Below are positions 1-20,805 of a stretch of 43,040 nt of DNA, one piece after another. The position numbers were made by a program, and so were the translations under genes. The notes under the pieces were generated by a model. It was not told the origin of the DNA, did no database searches, and saw only the letters and a list, made by a program, of their open reading frames with translations. The stretch is from Catajapyx aquilonaris (lineage: Eukaryota), in contig JYFJ02003355.1 of NCBI GenBank assembly GCA_000934665.2, forward strand, positions 1 through 43,040, written 5' to 3'. How positions within the stretch are numbered: position 1 is the first letter of the stretch; every line of letters starts with the position of its first letter.

Positions 1-142
1 GTCTGGTCCTAATGATGAGTTGAATAAAATTACTCTTAATTTTCTAATTTTAGAGTACAAGTTCTCTAGTATATAGGATCGTACGGTTTTTTAATTTTAA
101 AAAAAATCATTTTTTTTTCATTTTTTTTTTTTACAGCTAGTC

Positions 143-211
143 GCATGGGGCCCCTAAACGCCTGGGGCCCCCGGGCAAGTGCCCATCGTGCCCATACGGT
201 AAGACGGCACT
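143..211. mobile_element. GC-rich end of a hAT-like non-autonomous element (fragment)
   Basis: GC-rich island with repeated GGGGCCCC and GTGCCC motifs ending in ...GGCACTG (CAGTG-type terminus), in AT-rich context. The family call is pattern recall only. Confidence 0.35.
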
Positions 212-617
212 GGGCGTAACTCGGTTCTCTAACAAGAGGCACTTTATTTTATTCATGCATTTATGACGGCGACCTGGTAGTGTACTGGAATAAACCAAGC
301 ATGCAAGATGGTTGGGTGCATGTCTCCTAGAAGTGGTATTTAGCAGGAGTTCAGCTTGCAGAGCCTTCATTTTGGAATCTTGCTTATTCTGTTGATCAGG
401 GGTGAAGTGCAATGATAAAATGCATCGTTATTGCATTTCTTATTAAATTATTTATTTATATTCAAGGTTAACATTAATACACAATATAATCCCATCTGCT
501 ACAAGGTTCAACAAGTTTTAACCTAACGATATATTCATGGACCTTTCTTTTGCATTAAGTTTGCAAATATAGCTTCCAAATGTTAAGTTCAGTAGTGTAT
601 TTACAATCCCAACTCTT

Positions 618-753
618 GGGGTGGACTCATCAAATGTCGTAAGTCAAATTTTCGTCTTAACCGGTCGTAACCATAGTTAGTTAATTATTAGTAACTATGG
701 TTACTACCGGTTACAACGAAAATTTGAGTTACGACATTTGATGAATCCACCCC
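618..753. mobile_element. Palindromic (hairpin) MITE-like element
   Basis: 62-bp inverted arms at 618-679 and 692-753 with 5 mismatches and a 12-nt loop. Termini GGGGTGGA...TCCACCCC. No clear TSD. Confidence 0.75.
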
Positions 754-1450
754 CGTATGTATAAATAAGTAAGCTGCTACATCGAGTGCGATATTTCAAC
801 CTGAGTTGACTAAAAGTTCATACTGTTAATTTCAATGTGCACATAAGATTGGTCTTGGCTTTAGGTTTTATTCTTATGCAGTTTGTCTTCTGACATGACT
901 GTTACACAGAAAATATCACACAACCATTGGCTGGAAGTACTACAGTTTCAAATATTGATCACAATCTGTTATCACAAATTATTTCCAGTTCATAGGACTT
1001 GTTTACGTAGAGAGCTGGCTATAGGCATGTGATAATGATGATCACTAAATAAATAAAGTATCCGAACATTTTTCTAGGAATGTTCAACAAAAGATACAAC
1101 ACACATCGTTACAATAACTGGTTTATAAATATTAACATTCCCAGATCTTAAAATTACTGAGAGAGTATACATAATGTCATGCCTGATGGCACCTACAAAA
1201 AATAAATGACTCTTTCTTGGTCCAGCATATCCAAACAAGAATACATACCGGTATTATAAGTACTCATATGTGTGAGTCATTGTTAAAAATACTTCAATTA
1301 CGCAACTTCCAAGTGCGAAATCAATTGCCTCAACCTGCGCATCATCTAATGTCATACTGGTTCCAACTGCCAGCTTTATACCATACTTACTGAGACTCAG
1401 TATTAAATAACTACAGACTTCTTGAGATGTTCATCTCATGATGATGACTT

Positions 1451-9462
<8,012 letters not shown>

Positions 9463-12400
9463 TTTACACATTTGCATTTTTCGTAGACGGATTGGTGACG
9501 GTTACGAAAATGGGAAAGATTGGATAGATAAGACGGACTGTGTGGTGGGCTTCTGAGGCGGAGCTCATCTGAGAGTGTCGAGGGTCGACAGCTGTACACC
9601 AGCTCTGTGGTGGCCAACAAACCCTGATGCCACGCATGTGTTGCAATTGTCATGCAAGTTTGCATACAGCAAGGACAGGACAGTGGCCCTGCTCGTTTAG
9701 TCGTTTGAAGGAAATATTTCCTTTGCCAGTAACCCTGCGTGATTGTATAGAACTGATTGATTGGAAGTTCTTGATATGGTTCCGTCAGGGAGAGGACACT
9801 CAAATTCATGCTGGGCAGGTGTTTCCCAATGACGTGGATGGGGGCAATTTTTTGTCTTAAGTGTACCAAATTTTACGCTCAAATAATACGTTGTAACTTT
9901 TGCTCTCTTCCCAGATTTGCGTCTCGTAGTAATCTTTTCATACAACGAGGGCTATGCAAATATTGCGAAAGGAAAGGACAGTTAAATTCGTCAGAGGATC
10001 AGCTGGCCAGTACCTTCGTGAAGCAATATGTGCATACCTTCACTGTGGATTTTCAAGGAATTAAGTCGCGGAGGAAACAGCGATGTTCATTTCCTAACTT
10101 GCAGTCGGTACCGGTTATTTTCATTCAAAGCACGTCAGGAACTCCAATGAAGTGTGTGAGCCGATGACAAATTGATCATTCCACTCGAGCGATTTGGGTC
10201 GAGTCTCGCCTTGAGTCTACTGGGAGTACCCCTAGGATTTCACACTCCACTTACACCAGAATGATTTCCGCAATATTCCTTCAAAAAAAAGCGAGAAAAG
10301 TTACTGTATAGACTGGGAAACTTATTGTACATTGTGATCTGGATATAGGGCTACAGGTGCGAATATGTTGCGTATCCATTCAAGGGCATGAAACTGACGA
10401 TAAGACTAACCAACTGTGCGTCCCTGTATCGTAATGATGATAAATAGTCCTTGCTCTGGTTGTAACTATCCTTTTTGCAGAGCACATTCTCATTTATATA
10501 GTTTCAAATCATTATTGTGGGTGGAGGATATTTCGGCCTAATGGCTTGTAACATCCTGATTTACATTGCCAATTAGATAAATATGCAGACACCACTTGTC
10601 AGAGATTGCAGCTTTAAATGCTACTTACCATCTATAGTGCTTCCAAAAGTACTTAGCATGAACACAAAGAGATAGTTCCTTATCGTCAGGCAACAGTGTT
10701 ATCGCTCTGAGGCTGCAGAATTAAATGAGCGTCGCGTCGGATAGGATCATATTAATACAGTATTGTTCCTTCAAGTTGTGGACTTTACCGGCCAATATTG
10801 AGCTTGAGAAGTAGCCTATACGGGGTAAAGTTGAACGAGTAGTTAATCGCTGATTGAAATACTAATATTGAATGTTATGATAACCTGTCAGGTATACAAC
10901 CATGTCAGCCGAGTTACAACGAACTGTAGTTGGTTTATTGCGTCAAATGTATGAATCACTTTAGTAAAGATCTTGTTTTATGAACGCACTGACGCACAGT
11001 AAGACGGATCTCGAAAAAAAGCGAAAGAAAATAATATCTCATGAAGTAACCATAATTTATGTGTGAAATAGTTCTTCTATATGTTATCGAGGTCGCTGAA
11101 TCCGATTTTGAGGTCAGTTAGGCCAAAACTCTAAAAGCTATAAATCCATAAATAATGTACTGTATGTTATTGCATGAATAAGAAATGCTGTGGCTCATCC
11201 GGCTGAATCATTTAATCTTTGAATATTCGGCACTTCTCTGTTAACTGAATGCCACAGCACACCTGTAGAGGTGTTTGTTGACGTTAGATGATTGTTAGTT
11301 GATTGTTGGTTCTACCCTTCCAACCATTACCAGTAGGATGGTATAGGGTAGTCTGGGAAACAGCTTGTCAACAATCAGCAATTGAATACTGGTGTTCAGG
11401 AACTTAAAAGTGTGAATCAGAAATAGTGTCATTTTTTTACTTCTTCTCATCCGTACGAACTATGTAACATACGTTTAGGATCTGAGTCTAGAAGTCTGCG
11501 AAAAATGTCCTCTTTTAAGTTAAACCGAGAGCTTTTCGACATGTGATCACATGACGGTTTCAAGTACGCAAAAAGTACATTTTTTTAAAAAATTGCATTA
11601 CCCCAGAAGGGCTTTGCAAAAAGTACATAATAAACAAGCCCTGCTTAATGTGTCCCAATCCCTTGTTGTGTAATGTATGCCAATGTCAAGGTCATACCTA
11701 ACAAATTTCGTTCGGATTTTTCTGGATTCTGCCTACTGTGTGACGAGATAATTTTTTGCAGCTGAAAGGTGCACCATTATACTTCCAGACATCTGCGACA
11801 TTATCCATCACGTACATTCTCTCCTGAGGGGAACAATAGTATACGACAGTCACAAAAAGTAACTGTTATTGCTCAGTTATGGCCATTTATGATGCAAATC
11901 AGCAAACTCTCGATGGCTTGGATCAATCATTTAAATGCCAATTTTTCTTTCAGTCTCTGGATTGGACTGTCAGGAAAACCCTTCCCTAGTAACAGACCAA
12001 AATGATATAGCTTATTTACTCGCCATGAGCAATGGGCGTCGCTGATTTAACGACAGTCCTATATGGTTGTATATCATTCCCGTTCAAACATGTATATATT
12101 TTTTTTTGCGGAGAGTGGAGCAGTTACCGATATTGGCATTGTGATTACGAAGCAGCCCCGACCAGTTACGATTATCACCTGTTGTTGCGAAGGCTACGTG
12201 CTGCACACTGCTGGTGAAATGGGGGTGATTCTGTGATTATGGCGCAACGCACGTTTTTATTATTATTCCGAGCTTTGGGTAACGGAATCAATTATTGCCT
12301 TATGGGTTTATGCGGCCTCAGATTATCGTTGATGATTAAATCATTTATAACTTCTAAGTAGAACAGCTGCATCACATGCACAATATAATACTTTATAATA

Positions 12401-13903
12401 ATTTTTGTATGAGACGTCTAAGTAATGACTTGATATCCCCCATATGTTGTTGCACTTGTGCACGATGACATCAATGAAGGGCACAGCTGAAGTCGCTGAT
12501 TAAATAATGGCGAATGCTTAATATGCGTAGTGACAGAAAAAATCTTCTACGATACGTATGAAATGTGCAGATCTGCAGGCCCAATGAAAATACATAAATA
12601 TATTGTGCGGGTTGCAAACGGAAAGTAAGCGGAAGGGATAAACTTATCAGTTATCACGAAGTGAAATGAATCATTTTGTCCTCTCAAGGACAATGCTTGA
12701 TTTGAAATTGCAAAATTGCAATTTCAAATTAAGCATTTTTACCTTTTTAAACTTTTTTGCGAGCAAAATTGGATCATTAATTCCTATATATTATCATCTT
12801 GAAGTTACCAGTAAGATCAGGTATTATATGGTATTAGGCCTCAAGTTATGCCAATCTGGGCTTTAACACTTCATTCTAGAACTAGATTCCCCAAAAGGAT
12901 GACAGTCCCAATGAGAAGCTCCCGCAATACATTTCTGCACCAGCACGATTGCGCTTACAGGTTTAAGCTGTCAACTGCAAGTTACTTATAAACAAGGATG
13001 CTGACAGGTGCATCCATTGCCGACGGGAACATCATAATCCATAATGTGACGCGTAATGAAGCTGTCAGATTTTACATGATCTGTACATAATGCTCAGTGG
13101 ACTATTCTACAGTAACAATCATCATGAATGAAGCAATTAGTTTGCATTATTCCAGGATGATAACCAGAGTTGGACAATGCCATGATTAGTTGGAAATCGA
13201 TATAATCCATCGTTTATATTCGTACGTTAATTGCAAATTCAGTATTGCTACTCATGCAGCTTTTTCAGAGTATTTGAAACGAATTTAAATTTAATTGATT
13301 TTATACGAGGAATTATATGGTTAATCCTCATGACGTGAACCAGCTGATTTATTTCAATTTAAGGTTGTAAAATTCTTGACGTGATCAACTGATTCTCTGA
13401 CTCGTCTAATTCCTGGCAAACGTCATCGATTTTGTCAGACGCATCAGGCAGTGCCAGTCTCCATAAAGGGATCCCAATTAATCGCAGGTTGGAGAGGATT
13501 GATAACAAAGTGGAGGCCTATGAGGCGATATGATATCCGCGTAAGCATATCAGTTGTATATGAAGTTTTGGGTGTACTGGGAACAAGCCAGCTGATACAC
13601 TATAGAATGACGCTTGCGTCATCTACCTCTCAATGTCGTGCACAGGACCGTAGAAGTATACAGATCTGTCCTCCAAAATTTATCGACTTTTACTATAGTT
13701 ACTGAAGAAGCTGCTCGCTTGAGAATAGGTCTAGGAGTAGACCCGGTTACACAAACTGGCATCTTTCCAGCCCACTCTATTTCCGTGACACCCGTTTATA
13801 ACTCCCAGTAATTGCACCAAAAGGGCACACTTTTTCAGTCATAAATTGAATTCCATGGACACGGATTTAACAATGACTTAAAGTAAGAATGATAGATGCT
13901 CAC

Positions 13904-13977
13904 CCAAAGAAGATCTTGGATATTGTGGAGCAATTTTGTCTCGGGCATGGGTTGATATGCTCCTTGGTCTGGTTCAT
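13904..13977 (-). CDS. ABCC4: Distal alternative first coding exon of the ABCC4-like gene (MNQTKEHINPCPRQNCSTISKIFFG)
   Basis: ATG at 13977, 74 coding nt, ending in phase 2 at a GTGAGC donor. It splices in frame to exon 2 (9295) to give SKIFFG-WVNPLF, which matches the ABCC4 N-terminal P-x-x-x-A/C-x-x-x-S-x-x-F-F-x-W pattern. An in-frame stop lies upstream with no earlier ATG. Confidence 0.8.
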
Positions 13978-15181
13978 CCTGCCGGATTTGCTGGCACACA
14001 CTGCCGGCACCGGTGCTGTGCGGGTGCTTTCATATCCCACGGATTGAGAGATAACGGGTTATCTCTGGCTGGACGACACTCGATCAACACGCGTCGTCTG
14101 CTGGACGAGACCTCTTCGGGCCGACTGGGGCTACATCTGCCGGGGAGGTACCTGTGTCGTAGCCGATGGGGGAACAACATGGCGGGAATCAGTCAATACG
14201 GAAAGGGACTCTTTCTAGAGCGTGCTATGCAGTGACTATTCGAGAATATGAACAACCGTACCTGCCAACCCCGTGTTTCTAGACAACCCGCATAACAATG
14301 GCTATCACTATGCTTTGTTACAAAATTGAAACTGGGCACATGTGCGCGCTTTTTTAAAGCATGAAATGGATTTCTCTTATAAAATTTTATTTTTAAATAC
14401 AGTAATAGCACCTATAGTATAGAATGTATTTAACTTTTTTTTATTTAGCATCTGCAGCTTATTAATAATACGAGCCACGTCTTTCTAATGAATATCATGA
14501 TGCACGGACCAGCGCATTTATACAAACCTACATAGATATTACCTATTATTATGTAGGTATGTTTTAAAATGTGAAGCTAGAATATTTAAAAAAAAGTTCG
14601 GACTGATATCATCTTTGTTGTCATTACTTGCTTAGTGATGACAACAATGCAATTGCCAAGACAACAATGTAATACCGTGGACATTTTAGAAGGGTCCAGA
14701 ATATAGTCAAATGTTGACTGTAAGGTGTGATTGTACTTTGCAGTGCGATTTTTTTTTGGCGTTGTTCACATTGCTTGTGCAAGAACCTGCTGTGTGACAA
14801 GCAATAACCTTTTTTTAATTCTCGCATGTTCTTTCAAATGTTTGTTTGGAGGCATTGCCGAGGCATCTGGAAAGATATTGCAATTACTTTTTTACTCTCA
14901 AGTGTTGGTCGTTTATCACTATCTTTGAAGAGTCAATATTAGTATTTACCGCATATCGTCTATTTGTGAATGATGGCGCGTAGCAATATTATTGTTGACA
15001 CCTTGCGAAAAAGTATTGAGAACAGTTTCAGGACTTGTTTAAAAAAATAGAAACGTGGAGTACACTCGCCTGCAGTTTCATGGCATTGTAAAAGCCTTGA
15101 TCCAATATTGACTTGAGGGATTGTCCAGAACTGGTTACTAAAAAACTGCAGTCGTTCTAGCTCTGTAAGTTCAAATGACAT

Positions 15182-15847
15182 CAGCGTTTCTCAACCTTTC
15201 AACCCTTGTGGAACCCTTGAAATAATATTCCCGTGTCAAGAAACCCATACCTAAAAATTATTATTTCTCTTTTATAAACTTATGTAAGGAAAACATATTT
15301 TTCTGATGGCTGGTTCTGTAGCAAAAAAAATAACTTACGTTTTTTTCAAGTGTATTGACAATACAAAAAAAACTGAAATCAAACTGCCTGTTCAGCAGGA
15401 GACCTCATACGGAGGTTTTCTTTCACACACAAAATTAACCCCATATCTGTAAACACAAAAAACACAAATAAGCAATATTGTACATAACGCATACCGGTAT
15501 AAACAAAACGAAAACAGATAAGAACCAGTTCAATAACTCATTTATTTATGTAGAAAAGCTCCAGTACAATGACCACTTAGGAGGTTTCACACTGGTGCCA
15601 TATAGACGTCGATAAATATTGATCTTATGACTATTATACTTCTAAATGATATAATAATTGAAGACTTAATTTTATACGAATAATTTTCCAAGTATATGCA
15701 GTACTTGCGTAATAAATTTACGCATATGAAATGAAACTCTAAAATGACTCAAAAATACCTTTTTATAATTATGATTATCTCGCGCGGAACCCAAAGCGAT
15801 TTCACATGGGACCCTAGGGTTCCGGGGACGTTTTGATAGAATAAATG
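15182..15847. mobile_element. Decayed hAT/Charlie-like non-autonomous DNA element
   Basis: Left end CAGCGTTTCTCAACCT with GGAACCC subterminal motifs. The right end has GGAACCC/GGGTTCC motifs and a degenerate complement of the terminus. No TSD seen. Confidence 0.4.
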
Positions 15848-18174
15848 ATCCAACTGGACTATTACTATATAATACTTGTAAGCCTGTAATTATTGCTTTG
15901 TTTCCAGCATCGACTAGCAGCATATGTAATGAAATGCATTGTGGCCAGTATAAGATATGTTTTCAGGACATTTATAATGCGTATAAGTTTGTAGAGCTTG
16001 CTGTAATTAGCGTAGCTGCGTAACTTTACATATATGTACTGAACTGGAAATTTTTCTGACAAAAATGTCCACCGGATGAACAGTAGTGTAATTCGGCAAA
16101 TTATACAGTATTAACAGATGATCTCTTAATGAAACTGGCCTTAATTAGTGGCACTTGAACCAATGTGTAAGTATGTCAACGATGGTTTTTCTCGCATCGC
16201 TTACAACCTGCGAGCTCTCTAATGTACAGTAGTTAGTATTTTACTCCCACCCACATGATCATTATTTTAGGTTGTTTAAAATGAAAATATTCGTATTAAG
16301 GAACTGATAAGTGGGCCACTTATAACCGCCATTTCTCATCCCAGCGTAACGAAGTTATGATTTTTATTGGAGCTACCTGTTGCACTCACCAATCCCTCGT
16401 CGTTCAAAATAACCTAACACACTAACATGTATCATAATTAATTATGGTATTTCAAACCACTCATATATTTTTTAGTGATTGCACTATGACAATGACAGAT
16501 TGTCTCAATCTAAATGAGGTGTTAGTGTTTGTAAAACTGCAATATATTAATCTCCAGCTGATAAGAATATCATAAATATTCAGTGACAAGAAAAAACCCT
16601 GGCTCAAGTTTCGTATCGGTAAAAATTTCGCCTGCTCTAATTCCCACGATTTGTTTCTGCTGATTTATCTTTAATTTTGGGAATGAATTTTACTCATCAT
16701 TGGAAATCCCTGATTGCACTCAAAAGTTGAGCGGCATGAGGTTACATTGGCGAGTGCAAATTAGCCACCGTGATAGTTTCACCGATAAGCTGACTTTTGA
16801 AACACACAGTATAGGTCTGGACTGTACGTCAGGATATTAGCACAAAGGCACCAGGCAACCAAGGTTGACTGACAGATATCAAGCTTTCCACTTATAATAT
16901 TGTATATGGGATATTCGAGGCTGCCCAAAGTGCAATGTAATGCGCGTAGAATGGATAAATAATTTTTATGCTTATTAGTTATTACAATTGGTACATGACT
17001 TTATGCACATATGTGGAGATATTCCTAACGTGTTGGCGGTGGCATTAAGTTTTGCGATCACACGTTGTGCAGAATGGTAGCATAAATTCATAATATTGTT
17101 CGCTACAACGGAATTTTGAAGAAAAAAATTACAAGCTATTGTATATGTGGCTAAAAAATAATATTTATTTTTAGTCATTTAGTCTATAAGTATCCATCAA
17201 ATCAAGAGGCTGCTAATATTTATAATGCTAGACTGTGCTTGATTGTTCTGTATACTCTTTCAGCCGTGTCTTATCTGAGAAAATAGGAAGTCATGTCGAC
17301 CTCAACTGATTTGAAATGGTTGTTTTTGTACTACGACCGAAGTACTGTACTATCGCATTAAACTAAGGGGGCGCAATGCCACTTCCTGAATCAAAGGCAA
17401 CCTTGACTTGAATTGGCTCCTTTGGATTTGGATCTTACATTCACATGACTGTAGCATATATGTGAATAATATGCTAGTATTATTACAAAAACGGTGACTT
17501 TCCTGCACAGTGCTCTTACTGTTAGAGTGTCACCAACAATATAAATTTTTCCATGTTAAGATTCCGCAGGAGACAGTTCTGGATCTCTCCGAAGTGAAAG
17601 AGAGAGACAGAGATTGGGATCGAACTCTGGAACTCTCCAGCCCTGTGCATCAGCGTACCATTGATAATGCGTTAAGAGGCAACTAATACAACAATGCATA
17701 GTTTAATACATACAACAAGAGTACAAATCCGAGTGATTTTAGGTGCAGTGTCTGTTGATTAGCACTGCCTTTGGCAACTTCATTAATCGACAAGAGAAGT
17801 TTATACAGATTTGATTTAACAAAATGCATGAATTTTTTATGTCAGGTTTACAGTAAATACAGTCTAACTTACAGCATTGTACATAGTACTTTGGTAATGA
17901 AATGTATTTTTTTCACACCATGCGCCACACGGATTATAACATTTTTTTTGAGAAACATGTTGCAGTACAGACTTGGATATCACTTCTGACGTCATTTGAA
18001 AGTTCCTCTCGCTGCTTTCACACAGTTGTCGTGTGACCTTGAGTCAACAGGTCACACTCGAGTGAAATTCAATGTACGAGTTATTCAAGGCGAGTTCTCT
18101 GAATGCATTCCAAGCTGCCTGTTCAAACACCCTTTTTTTTAAAAAAAAAATGAGTGGGAAATGAAATCCGTCAT

Positions 18175-19882
18175 TTATGACTTTGGATTTCTGTATGTCC
18201 CGAGGAAAAGTACACTGTTGGTCAGGCGACTGTAGATGATGAACACGAAGGGGTGATTGCAATTCAGTGTTGAACTGTCAGTACGTGCGATACGTGACAG
18301 GAGTAAGGCAGTTGCTGCAGCAGCCTCGGTACCTTCTTCGTTGACCTCTACGAAGGACTTGTGTATGGCTGCTGAGAAACTGACTCCAGGAGTTGTTGAG
18401 AAGCCGGTCAGATTGGCACGAGAGGCGTCGAACAAACTCGAGGCACCGAGGTCCGATAGGCTCTGAAATATTATACGAACATGTAATATCCGAAAGTGTC
18501 ACGGGGGCTAAAAGTCCGGGGGCGAAACGGCGGGGACGAAAAGTCCGACACCCTTCAGTTATACCTGTGAAAGCTCAAATTCCTGTTCGAGGCGGAATTT
18601 TGGCAGCAGCACTGTGATTCTGTCCATCTCGACATCCTTGATTGTGTTGATGGCATTTCGGATGGTCTGTCCGTTGAGTCGCTTCATGACTTCGCGCTCT
18701 CCTTTGCCCCCAGTTTGAAAAGGTGGCAGCAAGATGAGCATACTGATGTGCTCACCTTCATATGGAAGCTCAAACACATGTGCCACCAGCTCCTCAGATG
18801 GATCTATATAAAATAGATAAATAAATTTTTTTGTCCGAAATTTACGATAATAAATACAACTTACAGTATCTAAAGTTTCCGGTTACGTTCATCATTTCCA
18901 CTTGTGATAGCTCGGTATCACTAATGTAGAAGGTCTCCAGGCGGGTGTTTTCAGGTTCAAATCTGGTCAGCCACTGGCCTTTAAAGTATGCACTGTTGAC
19001 CTGAAAGACCGAATTAAAATGTCACATTTGTTTTATCATGACTAAAATACAGTAAAAAATGTGCTCACCAGAGCAAGAAGTGTTTCAGGTCCGAGGACAC
19101 CAGGAGGAATCAGATCTTGGATTTTGCCTCTGGTTTGGGTTTCGACCCATTGGTTGATATCAAGTCGCACATCTTCGGCATTGTGTTGGAAATCCACTAT
19201 TTTCAGTTCATTACTGAAGAAATCTTGCGTGCATGTCCTGATTTCCTGGCTTTGCTCAAAGTAGAGTCTGTTAGCAATGGACAACTCGTAGCTCTGGTTC
19301 AGCCCTGTCATCTGAAGTTGAAATGATTAGTCAGAAACGTTGTCTTGAAAGTTAATTAACTTATTTATAAAAGTGTAGACTTACTTGGCTGAGTAACAGG
19401 CTGAACTTGTAGGCCACCAAGACTTCTATCTTAGACACATCGCCCAAATGGAGAAGCTTTCTCAGTTCCCTCTCAGTCTCACCTTCTGCACCATAAAATG
19501 CCATTAAGAGAGCTTGATGAACACTCTCGGGACTGAAGAAGATGTTGCCCTCTTTGCCAGGGCGCTTTGTTGATTCTTCCCTTTCCAATTCCTACAATTA
19601 AAACGGTCGAAATTATAATAATTTGCCATAAAATAGGATAATAATAATTTATTAAGCAACACCATGTCCTTATGTAAAAGTCAAAACAATTCCATTATCA
19701 AATAATGAGAAAATCTGGGTAGTTACCTTGAATAAATCGATGCTGAAGTCAACTTGGCCGTTTCGTATGGCTGACAGCACCTCTGGACTAGGTCTTTTGT
19801 TGATCGTAATTTGATCATTTTTTGTTAGGCACTGAGGAGCGACCAAAGGAACCACAAGCAGGATCACAAGAATGTTCTGCAT
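18175..19882 (-). CDS. Secreted inhibitory serpin, Spn88Ea/serpin-6-like, 422 aa
   Basis: Exons 19882-19727, 19591-19385, 19311-19069, 19000-18865, 18803-18565, 18462-18175 (TAA), 1269 nt, phases consistent. Signal peptide MQNILVILLVVPLVAP followed by QCLTKND. Motifs NIFFSP, SIANRLY, INQWVETQTRGKI, VNSAYFKGQW, LPKF, hinge EEGTEAAAAT, NHPFVF. An intron acceptor at 19924-19926 implies an upstream non-coding exon that I could not locate. Confidence 0.93.
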
Positions 19883-19945
19883 CGTGATTTGTCAGTCTCG
19901 TCACAAGTTTGCTAAAATTCTCGCTGCAAGGAAAGGGAGCAAATT

Positions 19946-19948
<3 letters not shown>

Positions 19949-20015
<67 letters not shown>
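19949..20015. repeat. (TAA)n microsatellite, about 22 units, in the serpin 5' UTR intron
   Basis: Pure TAA run about 20 nt upstream of the acceptor AG on the minus strand. Confidence 0.97.
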
Positions 20016-20795
20016 TCATACTTGAATTGATTGTATGGCAGAGTTTTACATGGTATGCGAAGGAGGAAAACTGAATTTGTGAGTGTATAATCAGACACGT
20101 GGCGTGAAAAACAATAGGTAAGTGAAACCGGTTTCCTTAATTATAAACGTGGCGCACGATCCAGAAGGTAAGAACAATGCACTTGGCAATAATTAAGTGT
20201 TAGGTACAAATAGCGTATTTTTGCAAGAACTTATTGTATAAACTCGCACGATATCACCTGTCGTTTTCTGGAACAAGAAGGAAAAGTTTTTTGGGGCTAA
20301 TATGGGTCAGTTGTGCCATTTTGTTTATTGTCATAATCACCCACACTAAACAAATAATTTTCAACTTATTGCTCCACCAACCACACTTGCATAACCATTC
20401 GCGAAAATGCCAAAGTGATCATAACCCCTTCCGCAATAAATTTGAACGCACGAATAAGCCAGGAAAGCCGCGTCAGGAAAACTAACAAAAGGTCACATTC
20501 TAGTGACCACCCAGCCCATCCTAAACATCCGGACAACCTTCAAAATGAATGAAAAAGCATCACCTGTCTCATTCACATAACTCAACAATATTGCCAGCAA
20601 CTCTTTCACGCACCACGACTGTATTACATCCGCGCCATTCCTGGCAGCAATATATATGCGAGGTTGTAGTTTCAAGGTCTCGAGTGACCTTGCGCAATAG
20701 TTTTACACACAAAAAAATAGTGTGCCCGGCCTCTTCCTAGTTTCATTCAATATAAAATATGCACCCGCTGTAAATCATTCTGATCGTCTTACTCT

Positions 20796-20805
20796 GGGAA
20801 ATCCC
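20796..20805. promoter_or_regulatory. Candidate NF-kB/Rel (kB) site upstream of the serpin
   Basis: GGGAAATCCC matches GGGRNWYYCC, about 0.9 kb upstream of the serpin ATG. A second match, GGGAATTCCC, is at 21749-21758. Motif match only. Confidence 0.3.

Noticed and set aside
10625..10720. Strong minus-strand GTAAGT donor as a third ABCC4 first exon
   Set aside because: The phase-2 frame has no ATG after the upstream stop and no lasso-like sequence. It could still be a non-coding exon.
13936..14235. 99-aa plus-strand ORF in a GC-rich island
   Set aside because: No recognisable domain and a non-ATG start. It is better explained as the antisense of the distal ABCC4 first exon and its 5' region.
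17605..17670. tRNA gene (minus-strand GTTCGATCCC B-box)
   Set aside because: No cloverleaf or acceptor stem. At most a SINE-head remnant.
14300..18170. Alternative reactive-loop exons for the serpin (as in Manduca serpin-1)
   Set aside because: I found no second hinge/RCL or HPF-type segment downstream, and the RCL lies within one terminal exon.
19901..20098. ORF with a poly-leucine run
   Set aside because: It is a translation of the (TTA)n microsatellite inside an intron.
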